From Pocillopora damicornis (Eukaryota), in the NCBI RefSeq assembly GCF_003704095.1, contig NW_020846501.1, positions 496,001 through 560,000 on the forward strand: DNA of 64,000 nt, read 5' to 3'. Each line of letters begins with the position of its first letter. Position 1 is the stretch's first letter. Both the position numbers and the translations under genes were made by a program. The notes under the pieces were generated by a model. It made no database searches. It had not been told where the DNA came from and saw nothing but the letters and a program-made list of their open reading frames with translations. Of the stretch, positions 1 through 15,000 are shown one piece after another.

Positions 1-3000
1 AGCCAGAATTCCAACAAGAGCTTAGCAACAGCGATGTCTTTGTTGGGGATACTGTATACTTTACTGTCAAGTCAAGGGGCATACCGGAACCGAAAGTCTC
101 ATGGTACAGGAACGGAGAGCTCGTGAAGGAAGACTCTCGAGTGAAGTTTATCAAAGATTCGCAGAGTGGAAACTATTCCCTTCTTATCAACAAAGTGACC
201 GTGGAGGACGAGGGCGAGTATCGTTGTGTGGCTTCCAACATGGGGGGATCTGTTGCCTGTCAAGCAAAACTTTTGGTTAAAGGTAAATGTCAAAGGGTAA
301 TGTGCATGGTGCCAAATCATAGAATTTTGTTTTGGGGTTATGTGCCTCAAGTATTCCTCAAATGATAATTCGTTGAAGTTTATGATGACTTTGAAGAGAC
401 ATTGTATTAAAATTGTCTTTTCAAAGACAAAATAAAGACGCTTCTGATGTTCGGTAGCACGTCGACATAACTCAGAATGAACAGACATGGAATAGCAAGT
501 CCGATGTTTTTATTGAAATTTTTTATTATATCCAATGCAAACAAATGTCGTGTTAGTGAAAGAAACTGGACCAGACCTCCATTTAGTGACTGAATATTGC
601 ATTTGCTTTCCCTCAGGGCATAATCAAGATGAAGCGCCTTCATTCACAGCGCCGCTGACCGATCGCTCTATCGAAGATAGCAGTGCAGCTAGGTTTGATG
701 TGCGTGTGCGCGGAAAACCTGCTCCAACAGTCTCTTGGTATAAAGACGGAAAAGAGATCAGTGATGAACAGTTTCCACACATCAAAGTTTTGCAGGAGGA
801 AGACTTGTTCTCTATTCTGATAACAGAAGGCAAGTTTGAAGATGCTGGAACGTATAAAGTGGTCGCCAAAAACGTTCTGGGAGAAGTGTCTTCTACTGGA
901 ATGTTATTTGTTGAAGGTGTGTAAGGTAGATTGTGTAGTAACTAGGATTGTTTAAGATATATGAGAAGTAGGAGTACCTCAGAATTAGGCTGCGAATAGT
1001 ATTTGGAACTTTTTATTTCCGAGGAAATCATCTTTGCACCGCACAAAAACATGCAATTTTTCTTTTAAAAATTACCCGTACTTTCCAGACCACAATTTTA
1101 CAGTCTTGAGGAAACAACTGATACTAAGATGTGCAGCGCCATATAAATTTCAGCCCATTTCAGCACCTAAATTTGTTGATTATCTGAAAATTCTTTCTTT
1201 GAAGGGAAACTCTGCTCACTTTTTTATTCATACCCTTTAAGATTAAAGAAAGAGCTAATTCGTTTCCTTCATTTTAGGAGCCGATCAGCTGCCACCCTTT
1301 GCTGGAGGAAAACCTCCGCGTAAGAACTCAGGCCTCTCAAGAGTTGAAGAGGTGAGAGTTTGATTAACCCTTTACACTCAACGTCAATATGCATATTGCA
1401 TATGTATACCAGTATATGTTTATCAGTATATGTCTACCAGTATATGTACAACGGTATATGTATATCCGTATTTGTATATCAGTATATGTTTATCAGTATA
1501 TGTACATTGGTATATGTATATCAGTATACATATTCACAATTCTGTTATTTTTACATTCCTTTTCTTGGCACTAGCAAGGAGAAGGTGTTTAACAGTTGAT
1601 GATCAGTTACTTTATTCTCATGACCTTAATGTTTGATTCAGGGCCGAGACTGTGTGGAGAAATTAGATGCTAGTCACCTTAAGGGGTTAAAGGGAAGAAG
1701 GAGTCGATATTCATAGATTAGGGAATTTTGAGAGAAGTTATATACACATACTAAATATTAGGTCAATCAGTGTTTGGTCCATAATTCATCTTGAGAGAAG
1801 ATTTCATCTTCCCTAAAAAAAAAAATTATTTTAAGTCACTGAAGAGTTATAGAAAACTTTAGTGCATAAATCTTTGTGAAGATAATACTTGGTTATATCA
1901 TAGTTTTATTCCCTCACTTGCTTCCCAGGTTCTGACGCTCAAGCTGTACACAGCCATTGAGGACTTCTATTCGGAAGAGACTGGAAACAAATTTCTTAAG
2001 AGGGGCGACAAAGTTGAAGTACTAGATACAAGCCGACCTGAGTTCTGGCTGGTCAGACGAGTGTCACGTGGGTCAGAGATTGGATTTGTACGTCACACAT
2101 GCCTGAAAAGAGACGAAGACGGGTAAGAGTACATTAAGATTGGTCACATGTTTAACTTGATTTTAGTTTTCAGCTTGATGGGTTATTACTGGCTTTCTTA
2201 GCGTACAAAGACGGCATATACGGCTCAAAAAGTTGCCTTGATGTCTTTCATTCGACTCATCACTAAGTCGATTTTCTCAGGATGATTACTAAAGCGGTGA
2301 CGGCCGTCAGTTAAGTTGCACAAAAATTTTGAATTAATGCAACTAATCGATACTTTACTTTTCAGGGATGAAACCACAGACGCACCGGTGATAGTAAGTT
2401 TTTTTAATTTCTCCTTTTACAACATGGAGATTGTTTTTAACTTTCTTCTTCCTTACTTTATTCTGATTTTAAAATTCATAAGTTTTGGCCCTTTTTTCAG
2501 GGAGAGAAACAAAAGTTTGTATGTATCACCAACTACACGGCCCAGTCCCCCGATGAGGTCTCGGTAAATGAGGGTGACATGTTAGAGATCCTTGACGACG
2601 TAGGCATGGAGAACTCGATGGTCTGCGTTATTCCTACCGGCGCCGTCGGGTGGTTACCAAGGGTCTTTATCATAAGGGCCCCTGAAGAGGATGTGAAGAA
2701 GGCCCCAAAGACTGCTAAAGGGAAAGAGAGGGAAGCACTTAATCAGCGAGAGTAAGTGAAGAATTGTTGAGAATGTTTGGTGTCAATTTCCTCCCTACAG
2801 TACAAATGAAGCTTCGAGAATTTTTCAATTATCTTTGATGGACTAAATATCTTACACTACGATTTGCTCTCATAGATTCGTGCTTAACGAATTGATAGAA
2901 TCTGAAAGGCAGTATGTTAACGACCTTCGAACTGTTGTTGAGGTAAGGAACAGATGACTTTCTATGAGTTTGATATCAAAGGTGATATGAATCCTGTTTA

Positions 3001-6000
3001 ACAATCAGTTAGTTTGGTGTGTCGGGGTTTTCTTACCTTAATAAATTACATCAACCAAAAGCTGTGCTGAGAAACACCTGTGATGCACAAGCATTTTATA
3101 TAGGCGTAATTGTTCTACCGGAGCTGCAGACTTCCGTATTTGATAATAAATTTTACCTTCGCTTAGCCCCCTCCCCCCTCCTGTATTTGCTAAATCTCTT
3201 TTTGTCGTGATTTGTTGTCACTGAATATACAAGAAACCGCTCACGTGAAGGATGATCTGTTTCGTGTGGTTTGTACAGAGTCACCTAGCTGAACTTGATG
3301 CTGCTGATATTCCTGAAGAAGTTGTTGAACATGAGGATGTTGTGTTTTCCAATATCAAGGAAATATACGGATTTCACACAAGGTATTAATTTCATGCTAC
3401 TCTTTCCTCTAACTCTCTCCGACTCACGTCATTTAATATGCCATTGCTCTGCTGCAATAGAATTACATATTTGTAGTCTGCGTGGAGTTGAACCGTTGAC
3501 TTTTGGAAGGTGAAATACGTCACAGTTAAGCATCCCGCTAAAACACTTGCTATTCGTTGTTTGTTATTGTCTCTCTGATGATATATCCATTCTTTCTTCA
3601 GACTATTCTTGCACGAACTGGAGGCTTGTGCAAAGAGTCCAGATGACGTTCCAAAGGTTATTGTACGACACGTAAGTTGCATTGCCGTAAAACATATGAA
3701 ATATTTTTAGTTAGTCTCTCTCCTCGACACTAAGTTATCTTTGTACACTTGGCTTCGTTATAACCTTCAATATGAATACGAGCAACATCTTGATTATATC
3801 TGTTGCTATTTTCGTGTAATTTTTAGAAACCAAAATTTGAAATGTACATCAAGTTCCTCGAGGGAAGGCCGCTGGCAAACGAAAAGCTGGAGAGTGAGAA
3901 AACGCAAGAGTTTTGGACGGTGAGTATTCCTCTTAAATAATCACTTTCGTTAATAAGATTTCATTCCGGTGGTTCACTTGTACAGAGATTAATTTACATG
4001 GATAATATGCGAAAAAAAAACCCACGCCAATTGCATTTTTAGTTTGAAGTACATTTAATGTTTTTAAAAAAATTTGAATATTAACTGTTTTTAAACTAAT
4101 GCTAGTTCACCTTTTTGCCGAATCTTTTGAACAATAATTATTCCAACATCAACAGGAGTTCCAAGAAGACACGAAAGATGCCATCTCTCTCTCAGAGTAC
4201 CTTAAAAAACCAGCACAGCGCCTTGATGAATACGTCCTGCATCTTAAGGTTAGAGAGAATGATCGCTAATACCTAGTACCTAACATTGATTTGGAGTACA
4301 GAAGTCTTTGCTAAGTTGTGCTGAGAGCCCCTTTTTCAAATACTTAAACTTTTTTCGTATTTTTATATACTACCTTCTGGTGCTGTTTTTATTTTTGTTT
4401 TTATTTTTTATAGTTATATATTTATATATTTTTTACGTCTAGTCTTTTGTATCGGTATGCATCCAGGCGAAGGGAAAATCGATGTACATTCTAAGCGGTG
4501 TTAATTTTATTTTTACCAAAGGAATTGCTCAAGTTCACTGTACGTGCGAATCTGCAGCATTCGGATTTTCAGGTAAGTCCCTTGTCTTTTTATTAAGCCA
4601 CAATTGACTCTGCCAAGATAAACCCAGTCAACGGTGGTTTCAATAGGACTAGAAAGAAATACAATGGTCATCACTAATCATCGGGACTCTTGCATAAACC
4701 TGATCACGTCGATAAGAGTTTAAAAGAATAATTAACTGTCGTATTCCCTCTGTCAGGTTCTTAACCCATCCCCTCACCCCACATCCCCCAATCCCCCCCT
4801 TCCTCGAAAGGAACATCGGTACGGAGGAGGGCATTGAACTTGTAAAGACCATACTTTTTACGTCTTCCAACGATTTGAAGTTCATAACTCCATTTTTTAT
4901 CTTCTCAACAGACGGCTCTTGAATTCCTAGCCAGTCTATCCCGACGAGGAAATGAAGCAGCACAAAAATTCCACATCGAAGGATATAATGTGAGTAATTA
5001 ACTCGACGCTCAAAAAATGCGATTCTTGAACTCCCCCGATCAGTCACCACCACCTGTGCAAACATCTACATCTTTCTCCTTTCACTGTGTGTATGTATTT
5101 TTTTTTTCTTTTTTTTTGCAAATATAATATTTATCCATGGTACTTATGTCCCACGTTCGTTTGCATTGTGTTAAATTTTTTTTTCCGTCACTGACTAGCT
5201 GACCAACAGAACGACGAACGGATAGACAGACCGACTGATGTATTGACTTACTCACTGACCGTCTGACGGACAGCCTTACTTGATTCACAAGAAAATTATC
5301 CAATGTTATTTCCTTATTGGTTTATTTGTCAATCTGCAGGGTGAGGTTCCTCTTGAAAATCTAGGGAGACTAATCCGCCAGGTAAGCTTCGTAAAGACCT
5401 TCATATAAATCTTCTCTGTTTACATGAAGTATTGAAGATGTTGTGCGTCTTATTTTGCAGGAGGTGGTCTTATTCTGGGAAGAGAAAGCTCGAGGAAAAG
5501 GAAAAGAACGGGACTTGTTCTTGTTCGAGAAAGGAATCGTCAACACGAAAAGAAAAGAAGGAGGAAGAAAATTCATCTTTAAAAACATGCTGAAGGTTTG
5601 ATATAACGACTGTTTGAACTTTCAAGTCCCCATCGATATTTTGTCCAACAGGTTACAAATAGAAACAATTAGAAACAAGGCCCGAGCCATGCTGTAATCA
5701 CAACCCTTACTTTGTTTTACTTTTCCGCTTTCATCCTCTTCGTTGTTTTTTATTTTTACTTGCTATAAGGTTGATCATAAGATTTATTGTTGTAATTTAA
5801 GAACTGAAACTCATTCCATCATGTGTTTAAGTAACTACTTGATAACACGGTTCTGTTGTCGTTCATTAAAATTGTCACTTAATAAGCCACACTCTTATTC
5901 TTTAGCTGACAAGTGGTAATGTTGGTCTGACTGAACATGTTGAAGGAGGTGCCCGTCAGTTCATGGTGTGGGTGGGTACCTCCATGGCCACTGCTCTTGT

Positions 6001-9000
6001 ACTTCACACATTTGAGGTAAGATGATAAAGCTGCTTAGTAAATATTGTTCGAGGGAGAAGGCCAAAACCGTTTATTAGTCATGTGTTGTAATCGTCTGGG
6101 TTAGGGTGGTCCTGAAAAGGGCTCTTGATGGTTACTGTGCCTGAGAGTTCAACATCTTTAGTGGAAATTTTCGTCAGTGTTAAGTGAAGAGTCGTTTGTA
6201 AGTCGAAAGTGATAGAGTTTTACAATGATTTTGTTGCACTCACAATGCCTCATCTAAATACAGAGCCTTTTTTAGAACGATACCAAGAGAATATGAGCAT
6301 TTGTGTCAAGTCTTAGGTGGTGCGAATTTTTTTTAATATAAAGCTTCTTTATTTACCCTTGCCTCTGTTATTTCAGACGAAGACCGAGTGGTCCAAACAG
6401 GTCTGGGTTCGTGAAATCAAAAGGCTGTTACATCTGAGTGAAAGTGAGTTCAAGTTTAAAACCTCTATTTTATTTTCGTTTCTTTTCGTTTCGTCGGCTC
6501 ACATTTCGTTTAACTCTCTCAGAATCATTAAACACTGCTGTTACACCATCTCTGGTGTTTGGTGAACTTGAAGTTCAATTGCCAAGTACTTCAGCCACAG
6601 AAGGGAACCTGGTGACCACAGTCAAAGAAACTATCACTAGTCCCTCTTACTCGCGTTTGATCGCTGAGCTCGAAAAACAGTATGTGGCCATCACACCACC
6701 GGACTCACCTGAACCTCAAAGCCTGGTAAGTGAAATGATACAATATCATCACGTGACGTAGTTTTTTGGTTCGTATCCTGCTGCTTTCCTCTTCTCTTTT
6801 TTTAAGTAACATAGGAACCTGCCATTCGCTCGTTGCATTTTCAGGGATAATTTAGTTGCATACTGGGGCTGTTTGACTGATTGGGTGTGGTCCCTTTCAG
6901 CACATTTCTGTTATGGGAAATGTTCTGTTTTACAACGTGGTCTGCCTCAGTGGGCCATGGGGAGGCGTGTGCTTGTCAGCTGATCACTGAAGAGGTTGAA
7001 AAATGCAATGAGGAGCTCATGTTCACGTGTGATTGTTACTTGTAGAACATTCAACTAGGAGGCACCTACCACTTGTCGGAAGAAACACTGGAACGAGATA
7101 CACGCGAGCGCGTAATCGGCCGCGGTGAACAAGTACGAGTGCTCCGCTCAGGCCGAGATCTCTACTTCGTGCAAACCGTCAAAGATGGAGAAACCAAAGA
7201 GGGCTGGGTTCCTGGAAGCTGGTTGCTAGAAAGAGGTTTTGACGACCAGATTACAGGCGCCCAAGTCCAGGTTGAGCTGGAAGCTGGTTTAGAAGATGAT
7301 ATTGCACAAGATTTGAGTTCAGAAGCGTCTGAACCGGAGCTGCAACGGCTCAAAGAAACTGGGGAAGGTAAATAGCTTTTTCATTGATATCTCCAGCCCA
7401 CGATTAGATAATAAATACAAATGAGTGCAGGTGATATTTTCTTAACCTTAAGATATCTAAGTAGTAGTAATCTTAAGTTTAAGCGCTTTTCGATATATCA
7501 GGCAAGTCTGCACAACGTGACCTGCCGGCCAAAAATAGCTTTGATCCCCTCACCTTGTTTCTTTGTCTATTTCCAAACAAACACTAAATACTGAATCAAA
7601 AGACGTAAAAAAAAAGTTTAAGCCAGCTCTATGGTCTCTCCTTTCTCCAGTCACGCTCGTCGAGGTATTCTTTGTTTAAGGATTCAATTACAAATTCAAA
7701 AAGCTTAATCTTAAATTGCGATGATTCTTGACAATTTCTACTCATTTTGAAGTGATACATAGTGGTGTTCTTAAAGTATTTTAAAACTTGGCTCGACTGT
7801 CGCTCTTGGAACATTCCAAGGATCCCGCGACTCCGTGGGATGGTTTATGATAAAAGAAATCAGTAAATTTTAAAACAGAAAAATCACAAGACTTCAATTG
7901 CAGGGTACTTTGAAACGCTAATGCGGCAATCAATTTAAGCGTTGTTGAAGTTATTGTTTCAAACAATAATATGCTTTGTTAACATCCTTATTCTTCGGTC
8001 GCGTCTCGTTGGTTCAGAATTACTGGGAATATTAATTATGATAATTCTGTTTTCCATCTGCAAGTGATTAATGCAGTGGAATTCACATCGCTCATCGGTG
8101 GAAATTACATATTTATGCTCTATTCTCGAAAGGGTGTTATTTGATTCAAAATAATTGTGTTAGTTGGAGTCACAGTACATCATTTTAATAAAGGCGCGAA
8201 CTGTTTTCGGATTGAGTCGGCTTTCAAATGTCTTCACGGTCAACTCTTTCGTCTTCGCGGAGTTACGGGTCTTCATCAGCTTCTGAAACTCGATCATACG
8301 AAAGGACATCGCGAATTCGTGAACATTCGGCGGACGATCGAAACGAAGGGCGACCGAGAAGGCGACGAGGTAAAAGAGATGCAGTTATTTTTTGTGATTT
8401 TTCTCGTTGAAAACGTCTCTAGTTGAGTATTTTGGTAGCAGTAGGTTCTGAAGAAAATAGTTTCTGAGAGACCTTGACTTTCTTGAATTAATGGCGCGGA
8501 CATCCAACAGTGACAACCAGGATTTTTCCAATACTGTATTACTTATAGGATAAAGTAAAGTGATAGAATGCAATTCTAATTTACCATCTTTTGAACTTTT
8601 TTATCTGCAAACTAATTTGAATTCTGATTAAGTCATTTGCAAAGGTAAGATATTGGACAGATATTGGACCACTCAAACATAAAACAAAGTCGTTTGTAAC
8701 TGTAAATATCACTTCTACCCACAGCTCAGCCAAAGTTTACAGAGGAACTTGAAGATATCGAAGTGTGTGTTGGCCAACCTGCCAGTCTGCGCTGTCGAGT
8801 GGAAGGTGACCCTTTCCCGGACATAGAATGGTTTGTAGATGATGACAAAATCAAGAAAGGGGGAAGATTCGATTTTCTCAGTAACGGAGACCTTGTTACT
8901 CTGAAAATTTCCGAAACAAGTGCCGAAGACGAAGGAGAATACAAATGTACAGCCAAGAATGAAAACGGAATGGCTACCACAAGTGCCGAGCTCATAGTAA

Positions 9001-12000
9001 ATGGTAAGTCCCTTATCCGTCAAACTGATCTTTGTATTCTTTGCGGTTTTTTTTATGGTTGACTGATAAGTGTCGTCAAAATTTTTCCTGTCATAGAAGT
9101 TATGATGAACTCATAGATACGCTATACAATAATTATTTAAAGCGCAAATAGTGTCGCAGGAATGTACACGGGTTATTTTTAACAAGCAAATTTACTTCAA
9201 AGCTCGGTAATTAGGGTTCAGTTATTAGTAAAATTTGGTCTTTACATTTTGATTGCTCTTCTCACGATACTTCCTTCTGGATGCAACATGGGATCAATCG
9301 TTCCAAAATTGTACATCAACGTTAGTATTTGTGCATGCTTCTAAATCATTAGTCAATAATTGAGGTCAATAGAAATGCTCCATTTACTCGACCAGTGTCT
9401 CTTTTGCTCCGCAGGCAGCCTTGGTTTTGTTTTGACGTTTTATTGTTGTTTTTACATTTAAACGACAGTGAGCCTTGTTTTCAATCTGCTCGTTCTTTTA
9501 TATTAAGTGTTCACTTAATGCCCACACCACCGAGACTCTGAACTGAGTGGCAGGCTAATTTCTCATCCATGTGACAAGTACTTGGACGTTCGTGGTTTAA
9601 ATTTCAAGCATGTGAAGGTTAAGTTAAGCTCAACGGCAGGGTGCCTCGCTCATTAACATCAACATTTATTATGCCATGATTTCTTCACACGCAACTACTT
9701 GAAGAACTTAGCTACAGTTTATGCTTTGACTTGCGGTGTCGAGATGTAAAATACAACTGATATTACGTTACATTGTTGGTATAATTTGTCCACACGATTT
9801 GCCGTCTCCGGATAGTCGCGCCACCCTTAAAAGGAATGTTGATCCTTCTGTAGATAACTGTCACTCCCTTTGTTACATTCACTTTACATTATAGCCTCCA
9901 CCAAATTGCGAGGCTGTTCATTTGTTGGCCTAACAGTAGCTGACACTTAAGACCTGGCAGTATGCTGATGTTTTTCGGCTTGCGTGAGTTGCTACTTGAG
10001 ATACATTTCTCGTAAACAGCCTCTTTTGGTGACCTCAATGGAATTAAATCTGAAACATCTCCAGCAAATGTAAAGAATCAAATTTCCTCCAATAACTGTT
10101 TTTAAGTTTAAAGAAGGAAGTAAAACACTTATTTCCTCCATTTACACTCGTTATGTATTAGTTACCGTGATAAAATAGCGATTCGAGTGACGTGGGTTGA
10201 AATTAGCTGAACAGATCTGTGTTGTTGATATGTTTCTTGCGTGACATGCTAATTTGGCGGCATTCGTTCGGTCCTTTTATCTTTGGTTACCTTTTTTTCG
10301 GCAATTTAGATTCATTATACCAGCCTATCAAAATAAATAAATTACACCCCGTAATCATCGGTCAAAATCTCTTTAGTACATAGCACTGTTTCTAGCAGCG
10401 CGATTTTTTTTCTTTTCGATACTGTTATTTATCCTGTATCTGTTTTAACTGGAGGATGCCCACTAAGAAGTGTAAGTCATAGGTTGTCATTTTAGAATCG
10501 TGCTACAAATATGACATCAATCCATTACTTGAAAAGGTCACTTTTTACGTTTTAAATGGCGCGTTGTAAACACGATCGTTTGGATGATCATCTGTTCTTC
10601 ACATTCACAGTATAACCGACATTACTGCGTGTAGCAAGGGACAGGCTCAGCTCATTACAACCCACCAGATGAGACCTTAGTTTTTCTTTCAAAATGTGTT
10701 AGATTTGTGACATGACTTTTAACTTCTTTAAGGCTCGAAACAAGCCGTATGACAGTATCGACGAGTGTGGTGTATGTTGAAATGCAAAATTACATTTTCG
10801 ACTTTCGAGGGCTTATTTGAAAACATCATCACGGGAGCCTTAGAGGCTGAGGGGATAGCGCCGTTAGATGGCCGTCAGAAGCAGAGTGTGGTTGACGTGC
10901 TTTTATCAGGCGTTGCAAACCAAACACTCAGCGACCTTCGGTAGCTCTACTGTTACGAAATGACTGATCAGCCCTTGAAGATCTGAAGGAACCTTTCTGG
11001 CGTTTCATTTACGATTTAGCTTATGAACAATTTTATTTGAATATCGTGCTGATTTTTGACGGCTATGTAAGAATAGAAATGTAAGTATTTTCAACTTCAC
11101 TATAATGCAAGTGACACCAAAGTCTCCTCAACTGTGGTTCAGGTCTATTCAAAGATGTCTCTGTTCAGCTCGTCACTCATTTACCTATTTTCCAATGTTA
11201 TACGTCATGATAAAATAGCCTTGAAAATGTTAAACAGCCTAAATTCTGTTCGATGTTTTAACTTAACATTAATTTTTCATCAGGTGGTTTAAAATAAGAG
11301 TAGTAACATATCCAGACGCCTTCTTCCTTAATTTTAGATCATACATTCTGTTGAACTGGAGAAGATCACATCACTGGCTTCTACTAAACAGTAATAATAC
11401 CCATCCATCGTCGACTAATGTCAAGGCTTGTGTAGCATTGAAAAATTATTTTAATTTGTTGAACTGTTAGCTCGCTTACTGTATATTTGCCGTGCCATTG
11501 ATTAGGGAACCTCAGACTTTTCTGTCATTTTATAATTGTCAAGTTCCTGAACTCTTCATAAATCAAATTGACTTTATTTTGACTTGTCGATTTGATATTA
11601 TTTTTTCTTGCAATTTTTTTCGCGTTATACGATAAGATGAACATTCCACTCGGTTGACCTCGTACAATTCCTCTCAGCTAATTTGCTATGATGTCTTTTT
11701 GAAGTTTCTGATTGAAGTTTCAGTTGAAGTGATGATGATTTTGATAAGTTGGTTTTTAAGAGACAAAAGTGCTTTCCTATATTATTTGTTACCATTTGTT
11801 TATAATTTTATGGGTGATTCATTGTAAATATAATGAGAGGTTACGATAACTGGATAAAACACTTAACATGTTTTTTTGTTTTTTTAGTGTGATAATCGAA
11901 ATAATTGCATCAAGACAACTCACAAATCAGTCTTCATTGTGATTTTTTTCCTTTTCTCGCAATATAAATGTCTCATTCTACTCGAGATTTCTAAGAATTT

Positions 12001-15000
12001 AAATGCTTCTTCGCGTTTTAAGTCGACGATTCGTGAATTCGCACAATTGTATCAGTATTGTGACCGATGACATAATGATATCGAGACGTGAAAACGCGAG
12101 GAAGCGCGGGAACTGTTTTCATGGCTTCCAGACAAACTTTATTGTGTGATTTGACCTGCTGCGACTAATTCTTGCCTTCATACTTAAATTGTTTGCAATA
12201 AAAGTTTGGATTATGTCTATCAGTCAAAATTTCCTCTCCAGCCCATAGCTGAAGTATACTTGAGCAACACGAATACAATTATTACACAGTTGATATTTGG
12301 TTCAAGTTTAGTTTCCGTCTTCCGATGATAATTTTGCCTGTTTTACTTTCCAGCTCCAGCGAAAATCGACAAAGCTCCCAAGTCTCAAACGGTCAGCGTT
12401 GGGGATGTGGTCTCTTTTAAATGTGAAATTTCTGGAAATCCCGTCCCGACTGGAACTTGGTACAAAGGCAAAAAAGAGCTAAAGGATGAAGGAAGAGTGC
12501 TTATAGAAATTGAAGAGGACTTCTCCGAGCTAGAGATTGAAAATGTTGAAACTTCCGACGAAGGAGAATACATCTGCCTGGTGAAAAACGACTTTGGGGA
12601 GGACAAGTGCTCAGTGACTCTTACTGTGAAAGGTGGGAATGGTGTTTTGAGCCGAAACCAAGTTCTTCTTGTTGAAATCACAAATAAGACTGTAACCTGT
12701 TTTATGATTAGAGCCTGATGGAATCACCAACATGAGGAACGCGTATTCAGATCAAACTTTCCTTATCACGTGTCATGACTTAGTGATATTTTACTGTCGG
12801 AAATATGTTATGTGAGAGTTCGTAACTTGTGTATTATTTATGAAATATAAATGCCATGGAACGGAAAAGTACATTTTTTTTCGATTTTCATTTTCACTCG
12901 AGAGGTACAAGAAAAACTAATCTAATCTTGTATTTTTCATTTTTCTTCTTTTCAGTGGGAGGAGATGTAAATGAAAACAACATCGCTGAAGGTGGTGATG
13001 AAGGTGTAGCGAAAGGTAAGTAACTAAACGCTCGGAAAGGAAAAAAAAGACCATTCAGTCGCTATCCATTCAATGGTCATGCACAAGGGTTTCATCACAG
13101 ACTTTTGAGTTCGTGCCACCTGTTACAACAGGATAAACATTACTATATGAAGGTACATGTAATTAGATGTAGCTTTCATTTGAATGGTCACACACAAGGG
13201 TTTCAGTTTTGTTTTGGTTTTGTTTCGGATTTGCTCCGTACTAATGATAGTAAAACTCTTATGTTTCGTACCTATTAACACACTGTTACTCTATCCAGAC
13301 GATGGCGGTGATGGAGACAGTGACGTAGAAAGCAAAGACCTTGACCTTCCGCTTCGAGATCCAATCTCCCTGCGGACGGATAAGAAATTTGATGATGCAT
13401 ACGTTTCTCAGAAAGAACTGGGAAAGTAAGGTTCATTTCTTTTATCTCTATGTGGTCTTATTGTATTTTTATCATTTTACCCTGTGTCTGAATTTAACCA
13501 TGAAATTTTACGTCAGTGGAGTCAGCCAATCGTGTCTTCAGGTACAAACAAACGTACGTACTTGCAGTGAGATGGCAACTGTCTGTTGTGATTGGCATTT
13601 GCTTTTCCGAAGGACTTGGTTGTCCAATCGTAACATTGCAGGACTTTTCAACAGATAGTTGTAGAGTTTTATATTGAAGCTTTCCTCTTCTTCTGTCTCT
13701 TTCCTCCTCTCCGCCAAGATCTTCCTTCTTTTAAAATATTTACTATCTTTACTTCCCAGGGGTAAATTTGGAGTTGTCAAAAAAGTTAAAGAAAAAAGCA
13801 CCGGGACGGAATACGCCGCCAAGTTCCTAAAAATCACCAAGGAGTCAAGGGAAGAAGTTCTGGCAGAAATGCTTATCATGAATAAACTGCACAGTAAACG
13901 GCTGATCTACCTCCATGATGCATACGAGAGACCAAAGGAGATGATTATAGTCTTGGAACTGTGAGTGAAATTAGTTATTACAGTTATTCTGCTTACTGGG
14001 GGATAAAAAGTAGAGGATGGGGGAAACAAGGAAAGATGGTAACAATGCGAGAATGAGACCTAAACTTAGATAATTTTATTACATATTTCAGTTGATCTGA
14101 TGTTAATGGTTTACGAGAAATCGCAGTTTCTGTATTATAGGAATTTGAATTGTTGATGTCTTTAGTGAATGTCAGTATATTGTAATGAACCCGAACAAAA
14201 TACATTAAGATAAGTATTGTTTCTTTCAGCTCATTACTGAAAATGAATGAGAAGATAGTAAATATTGTCATATCTGTTGTGCCCTTTAATAGAATCTCTG
14301 GAGGCGAGCTGTTTGAGAAAGTCTGTAATGATGATAACTTAACTGAGAAAGAGGTTGTGCGGTACATGAAGCAAATACTGCAAGGCGTGGAACATATGCA
14401 CAGGAAACGTATTGTCCACTTGGATCTTAAGGTAAGGGGAATTTCCTAAAGTCATCTTAAAGAGCTGCATTAGGATTAAAGAAATTGAATTCAGTGGTCA
14501 CAAATTAATATTAATAAAAGTAATAAACAGTAACACATGAAAGTGCATTTCAGAAGCTTTCATTTGAACAGCCTCGTGAGCTTTATTAAAGTTTTACCTT
14601 CAGAGGTTCATACTAAAGTCTTCCCTTTCTACTTAGCCTGAGAATGTGCTTTGTGTGATTCGTCCTGATGGTAAGGAGGATCTTAAGCTGATTGACTTTG
14701 GAATGGCGCGTGTACTTGAGCCGGGCAAAACCGTGAAAGTGGCCTGTGGTACGCCCGAATTTGTAGGTAAGAAAACAAGGCATTTATAAGCTTAACTTAA
14801 TAACCTTAGTCAATAAGAGGCCATAGGAGGTAACCTCTCGATTAGACTTGAAATGAGTGCCATCCTGGATATTTCTACATTCCTGGTAGTTACTTACTCA
14901 AAATATTTCTCTCGTACTTTTAGCGCCCGAAGTGATCAGTTACGAAGCCATCAGCCTAGCCAGTGACATGTGGTAAGAATGATTCTTAATCCTTGTTTGC

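Noticed and set aside
1360-1636. Three overlapping Tyr/Val/Ile-rich ORFs
   Set aside because: Artefacts of the 14-bp minisatellite inside a MITE.
7529-7539. MEF2-like CCAAAAATAG upstream of the internal first exon
   Set aside because: One mismatch to consensus in AT-rich DNA; expected by chance.
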